DNA of 64,000 bases from an uncultured virus (IMG/VR IMGVR_UViG_3300034110_001129) (Duplodnaviria > Heunggongvirae > Uroviricota > Caudoviricetes), in IMG/VR virus record IMGVR_UViG_3300034110_001129. One strand, written 5' to 3'. Each line of letters begins with the position of its first letter. Positions within the stretch are counted from its first letter, which is position 1. The notes under the pieces were generated by a model. The model was not told the origin of the DNA. It saw only the letters and a program-made list of their open reading frames with translations, and ran no database searches. The translations under genes were made by a program, and so were the position numbers. Of the stretch, positions 59,195 to 64,000 are shown piece after piece.

Positions 59195-61099
59195 TTAACG
59201 ATTAAAAAGACGGGATGTAATATTTTTCAATAAACCATTTTTTTTCAATTGTGTTGAGTTGTCTAAATCAGCTTGAACTGTTTTATTTAAGATTGGATAA
59301 CTTTTTAAATCATGCTTAATAATCTCTAGTTGTAGTTTCTTAAACTCGTCATTGTCATAAAGTTGATCATCATTTTTAAAGTGAGCCGCACTGTGAGTTC
59401 CATCTTTGTTTAAAGTAATGCCCACTATTGAATTGTTTTCAACTGGATCTTTATTGAAGTCATAAATAAAATATTGATGAGCGTCTTCTTTGTAACTTTT
59501 AAAGTGAACCTCATCTCTCACAATACACCATGAAGAACTACCAGTAGCCGAACTTTGTTGGAAATTTTCAATCTTAATGATGACCATGTTGTCATCATTT
59601 TTAACCACTTCTGCATTCACTGAATTCGCTTTTTTTAGAATAGATTCACTATTAAAACCATTATGAATAGCATAGAGTTGTTTTAATGATTTGTTAAAAT
59701 CTTCGCTGGTTTTAAAGGCTGCAAGTTTTTTACCCAAAGTTTCCTGTAATTCGCTGGCAGGTATTTTTAAATCATACAAAAGTTCTAAGACCTTGAAAGA
59801 TTCATCATTGTAGAGGTGTTGATATTTTTTACTGGATATACTTAATCCATACTGGTGTATTTTATGATTACGCACAAACGCATTCATTGAGTCATCAAGT
59901 TGTTCAAACAAGTTATCCTCAATTTCTTCTAATAAATTATAGTCTTTTGATTTTAAGATGGCTTCATGTTCAAGATAAGTATTTGCAGCGACAAATGCAT
60001 ATCTACACTCATCAAAATCTTCTTTAAGTTTATTTACAAACATTTTTGCAATAGTAGGACTTCTTTTTAATTTATTGAATAATTCTTTATACATAAAGTT
60101 TTCAATAAAGGAATCTTTTAATTCTTTTGAATTAATATTAACCCAATCACCAGAAGATTTTTTAATAGCCATACTGTTATCTTGAAAGATGTTAATTTGA
60201 CTAATTTGTGAATTCTTACCATCTATTTTAATCGTGTTGCGAATACGATGAACTGCATTCAAATCAGTATCTGCACGGTCTAAAAGCATAAGTTCAATAG
60301 CATTAGCATTATTAAATAAATTAACAAACTTATGAGCACATGAATAAGAAAATTCAGGCTTATTCTTTATTAATGTATCAACTATTTCTTTTCTTATTGT
60401 TTTATATTGATCAATGTATTCAAAAACTTTACTGTCTTTAACGAGAGTGTTTAGAATATTATCTTGATTGAAATATTTTTCAAAAAAAGAAACTTGTCTT
60501 TTTAAATTAAAACAACTTTCCATGTAACTAGATTTTTCCAGTTCAGTGGGCTTAGATGAAGTAACAAGATTAATATCATAATTAACTTCACTTAAAAATT
60601 GTTGCACTTTTTCAAGTTTACTTAAAATGGGTGAAATAATATCTTCTGATAAAAGAGCCACACACAGTGTATTAACCTTATTCATTTGTAATGAAATATC
60701 AACACCTTCATTTTCTGCAATTGCTGCCCAACCATTAAAGTTAACAGCAAGATCTCCCCTGATAGTTGATGGCTTTAATCTATTTAATGTTCGTATAATA
60801 TCTTTCATCGAGTTTGTTTTAAATAAAAATTCTTTGACAGATTCATAATCATTAAAATCAACAACAGAATGTATTTTTCTTAGTTCATTAATTTGTGTTG
60901 AAACCATATATGCCTGACCTGTATGCTTATTATACATAGAATCAAGTTTGGCAAAATAATTATCAAAACGAGCATTATATTTATGTTCAGTACGCTCAAT
61001 TGTGTTACTAAACTTATTGATTAATGAGAAATCTTCATAACTGTCATAGCTGTTATTATGGGAATCGCTTAAAATTTCTATTTCTTCTATGTTTAACAT
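59195..61099 (-). CDS. Large hypothetical protein
   Basis: 634 aa; C-terminal GS.SWCI....F..Y...Y..YDF pattern, distantly PcfJ-like. Confidence 0.7.
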   Translation of the reverse strand: MLNIEEIEILSDSHNNSYDSYEDFSLINKFSNTIERTEHKYNARFDNYFAKLDSMYNKHTGQAYMVSTQINELRKIHSVVDFNDYESVKEFLFKTNSMKDIIRTLNRLKPSTIRGDLAVNFNGWAAIAENEGVDISLQMNKVNTLCVALLSEDIISPILSKLEKVQQFLSEVNYDINLVTSSKPTELEKSSYMESCFNLKRQVSFFEKYFNQDNILNTLVKDSKVFEYIDQYKTIRKEIVDTLIKNKPEFSYSCAHKFVNLFNNANAIELMLLDRADTDLNAVHRIRNTIKIDGKNSQISQINIFQDNSMAIKKSSGDWVNINSKELKDSFIENFMYKELFNKLKRSPTIAKMFVNKLKEDFDECRYAFVAANTYLEHEAILKSKDYNLLEEIEDNLFEQLDDSMNAFVRNHKIHQYGLSISSKKYQHLYNDESFKVLELLYDLKIPASELQETLGKKLAAFKTSEDFNKSLKQLYAIHNGFNSESILKKANSVNAEVVKNDDNMVIIKIENFQQSSATGSSSWCIVRDEVHFKSYKEDAHQYFIYDFNKDPVENNSIVGITLNKDGTHSAAHFKNDDQLYDNDEFKKLQLEIIKHDLKSYPILNKTVQADLDNSTQLKKNGLLKNITSRLFNR

Positions 61100-61249
61100 A
61101 TTTAAATCTTAGTTTTTTACATTATAACATAAAACATCACAAGAATTAAGATGTTCTAAAAATTTAAATGAAATAGCTTGTACTCTAAATTTTAAAGGTA
61201 TAAAAAAACACATCCGAAGATGTGCTTTTCAATATTATGAGATTATGAC

Positions 61250-62134
61250 TTAACGAATAGTTTCATTAGGGTGAGACATTGAGAACATTTTCTCAATGAA
61301 TTTACCTACGGCAGTTTCAAGCACGGCGTCAAGCCCGACCAACCCAGCAAGACCACCACTTTTTGCTTTCACTTCAGTGTTAACTTGATGAAGTTTGAAA
61401 CCTTCTTTAAACGCTTTCAAAATAGCTGTTCGGCTGTCACCGATTTCATCAACCAGTTTTTCAGCAACAACATCTTGTGCCATATAGAAATCACCTTCCA
61501 TCAGTTTTTCAGGATTAATATTTGGACGATACTTCAACACATGGTTTTTGAAAGCAGTATGAATTTCAACAAGCTTTTCTTTAAAAACTGCTTCTTGAGC
61601 TTCTGTTGGTGTCTTTGTAGGGACTACGGAACGTTTATTGGTGCCTGCAGTGTAAACTCGAACATCAATACCCACCTTATTCAAGACTTCTTCAAAAATA
61701 GGAACCTGAGAAACCACGCCGATAGATCCAACAAACGCAAAAGGTTGAGCAACAATGCGATCACACACGGAGGCCATCATATAACCACCACTAGCCGCAA
61801 CTTCATCTACGAAAGCAGTGACATGAAGACCGTGAGCACGAAGACGACTGATTTGTTGTGCAGCGTTTGCATAAGCAGTTACGCTACCACCGGGGCTTTT
61901 GATAATCATATATACGGCATCACCACGTTCCGAGTTAAGTACAGTCATGTCTACATCACGTTCTAGTTTTTCAAACGCATTGCCTTTATCTTCTGAGTTA
62001 AACCTAATGACAAAGATATTCTCATCTTTAGCGTTGGCTTTGATTTGACGACGAACTTCTTTACTGGCGATACTTTTAGTCAGTTCACGGTTCAGATCTT
62101 TGATTTCAGTTTTGAAACGAATTTCTTTAGACAT
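61250..62134 (-). CDS. sohB: S49 peptidase, SohB-like (no N-terminal TM in this ORF)
   Basis: SPGGSV..Y..AA.Q..RLR, VD.VAASGGYMMA.V, APF-like QPFA.VGSIGVV.Q.P, TAG..KR and H..FK..V..YRP motifs. Confidence 0.85.
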   Translation of the reverse strand: MSKEIRFKTEIKDLNRELTKSIASKEVRRQIKANAKDENIFVIRFNSEDKGNAFEKLERDVDMTVLNSERGDAVYMIIKSPGGSVTAYANAAQQISRLRAHGLHVTAFVDEVAASGGYMMASVCDRIVAQPFAFVGSIGVVSQVPIFEEVLNKVGIDVRVYTAGTNKRSVVPTKTPTEAQEAVFKEKLVEIHTAFKNHVLKYRPNINPEKLMEGDFYMAQDVVAEKLVDEIGDSRTAILKAFKEGFKLHQVNTEVKAKSGGLAGLVGLDAVLETAVGKFIEKMFSMSHPNETIR

Positions 62135-62211
62135 TTAATGCTCCTAGACGTTATTAATGAGGGAATTATAATACATTTTTAAAACGTTGTAAAGTAATGA
62201 TTTGTATCGAA

Positions 62212-62418
62212 TTATCTATAATAACGGGAAATTCTCACAATCTCGCCATCCATCCACTGAACAGCACTCAATTCTGGAAGAAGTTTATTCTCGGGTTCAA
62301 AGATAAAACGACGAACACCACGAAGCAAACCATAACCATAGCTCAACTCAGAAACGATCTTGTAAAGATTACCACTGATTGAATACATCTTGCCACAAAT
62401 GAGAGGTTTATGTTTCAT
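62212..62418 (-). CDS. Possible small hypothetical protein
   Basis: 68-aa ORF with AGGA upstream. Confidence 0.45.
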   Translation of the reverse strand: MKHKPLICGKMYSISGNLYKIVSELSYGYGLLRGVRRFIFEPENKLLPELSAVQWMDGEIVRISRYYR

Positions 62419-62563
62419 CGAAATAATTCCTGATAGTCATTTAAGTAGGTCGCTATTGTATCAACATTTCACTTCAATATCAATCATTAAGTTGAAAAAA
62501 ATAAAACTTTACGTCCATCTTAAATTTTGCTATACTTGGTGTAACTATTTAATGGAGTTTTAT

Positions 62564-63166
62564 ATGAAATGGCTAAACTGTCAAGAAACAATTAATAAAC
62601 TAAAAGAACAAAACATTCCAGTACGCCTCTGTAATTCGTATGAAGCTCTAGCAGAAGGTTCTAGCGGCATTAAGGAAAATTTAAATAACATTACTGAAAT
62701 TCGTGTTATTAAAGAAATGTTTCTTATCAATAAGCTAAATGCTGAAGTCTTTTTTACTGCTGTATCGGAAAATATTAAAGATCCTTATTTCAAAAAAATT
62801 GTGGATGTTTTAAAAGTATATGCCTATCTCGATTATTTACTTTATACCATTTGTCATAATGGATTTTCAGTAAGCACTCGTGACCTTGAGGCGACTTATA
62901 TTAAAAGAACACCTGTAAAGAAAAAAGATGTGAGTGAGCCGCCAGAAGTGCGGTTATCTAATTTGTGTCTTGAAATTCCACTTGGCCCAATCATGAAATG
63001 CACGATACAAGCAAAAAATACTGAATATGATTTCAAAGATTTGTACGAGAAGGTCATTTACCCGGCCTTTAAAGAAATGCTGAAAACCACTATTGATGTG
63101 GATATTAAAAGCATTGATGAGTTTAACAACGATATGTTTGACCTTTTAAAAATGGCAAGAATTTAA
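62564..63166 (+). CDS. Hypothetical protein with the shared C-terminal motif
   Basis: Start moved to MKWLN after GGAG; ends DEFNNDMFDLLKMARI. Confidence 0.7.
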   Translation: MKWLNCQETINKLKEQNIPVRLCNSYEALAEGSSGIKENLNNITEIRVIKEMFLINKLNAEVFFTAVSENIKDPYFKKIVDVLKVYAYLDYLLYTICHNGFSVSTRDLEATYIKRTPVKKKDVSEPPEVRLSNLCLEIPLGPIMKCTIQAKNTEYDFKDLYEKVIYPAFKEMLKTTIDVDIKSIDEFNNDMFDLLKMARI

Positions 63167-63202
63167 AAATTAATAAATATTATTGATGAACAGGAGATAA
63201 CC

Positions 63203-63529
63203 ATGTTAAATATATTAAGGTATGTATGGAGCTTATATGACTACTATACAAAATATAAGCATAACAGCGATTTTTTGATGCATGATGATTTGTTAACAAT
63301 CACTCGCCTTAGAAACATGAATGGATTAATCGTAGACACTCGCGGATCTCTTGGTTGCTCATCAGTGAGCATCAGTAATCAATATGTCACCTTAGATACA
63401 CCACAAACAACATTGGATTCATTTTTTGAAAAGTCATGGAATGAAGTTAAAAAACAATATCCACGTAGACAGTGGTATTATCAAATGGAAAAAAGAATGA
63501 TTAAATACCAAAGATCTAAAAATAAATAA
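63203..63529 (+). CDS. Hypothetical protein
   Basis: 108 aa, AGGAG RBS. Confidence 0.65.
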   Translation: MLNILRYVWSLYDYYTKYKHNSDFLMHDDLLTITRLRNMNGLIVDTRGSLGCSSVSISNQYVTLDTPQTTLDSFFEKSWNEVKKQYPRRQWYYQMEKRMIKYQRSKNK

Positions 63530-63601
63530 TAATTATTATACACAATAAAAAAGGCACTCTAATTGACTTAGGTGCCTTTTTTGTAAGAGATCTTTGGTCA
63601 T

Positions 63602-64000
63602 TTAAATAGTATTCATCAGAAGCAAATCAATTTTATCCGCTAAGTTGTCTTGTGGGATAAGTAAAAATTCAGAATGAATGCCAGAATGAAGATTTTTAAT
63701 ATACATCATCAAGACTTCATGGGTAAAGATATCAATATCATGACTGGTAAATACAGTGCTGGCTTCTATAATATCTTCAACCGTGGCTAATCCGGTTAAG
63801 TCATTCGGTAGTTTATAGACAACCTTGTCAACTAAACTAAAATATAATGAAAATGGATTAATATGATTAAAGAAACTGATAGTGGGAAATACAACAACTT
63901 TTTTATCTCGGGTTACTGCAAAATTTTTCACAAATTCATACTGAGCGACATTTCTATATTGACCATGAACACATGATGTTATGCCATGTTTTCCATCATC
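63602..64000 (-). CDS. 5'-partial paralog of 31757 with the shared C-terminal motif
   Basis: Frame is open to the window edge; ends PQDNLADKIDLLLMNTI. Confidence 0.7.
   Translation of the reverse strand, partial: DDGKHGITSCVHGQYRNVAQYEFVKNFAVTRDKKVVVFPTISFFNHINPFSLYFSLVDKVVYKLPNDLTGLATVEDIIEASTVFTSHDIDIFTHEVLMMYIKNLHSGIHSEFLLIPQDNLADKIDLLLMNTI

Noticed and set aside
49652..61966. Long antisense ORFs such as 49652-50077, 50111-50677, 53921-54334 and 61385-61966
   Set aside because: They lie opposite well-supported genes, lack RBS and have shadow-like composition.

Overview
AT-rich (roughly 30% GC by eye), gene-dense accessory region of a large mobile genome, most likely a jumbo phage or phage-like megaplasmid of a gammaproteobacterial host (DUF2790-like genes point to Pseudomonas). 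There are no capsid, terminase, replication or conjugation hallmark genes in the window, so the element type is inference. It carries host-like auxiliary genes (lemA, htpX, pirin, orn, tyrS, sohB-like S49 peptidase, PspC-domain, MYG1, MazG-like, two Nudix, nucleoside 2-deoxyribosyltransferase, PphA-like phosphatase, two HAD proteins). It also has several paralog families, three signal-peptide-bearing adhesin-like proteins, and a minus-strand array of 7 tRNA genes of only two specificities (3x Ser-UGA, 4x Tyr-GUA). Main finding: the tRNA array is preceded by a sigma70 promoter, a 16-aa leader peptide MKPTFAVSYYYSSYSS whose control codons (TAT, TCA) are those read by the array's tRNAs, and a full set of mutually exclusive hairpins ending in an intrinsic terminator. 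This looks like a ribosome-mediated attenuator that senses Tyr/Ser tRNA shortage and switches on replacement tRNAs, although the array also has its own proximal promoter. The array includes a D-arm-less tRNA-Tyr with a possible compensating pseudoknot and ends in a CCA-terminated minihelix. Second finding: about 16 proteins from otherwise unrelated families share a C-terminal motif (acidic patch, hydrophobic residues, M-x-x-I end), suggesting a common targeting or docking signal. All family assignments come from motif recognition by eye, not database searches.
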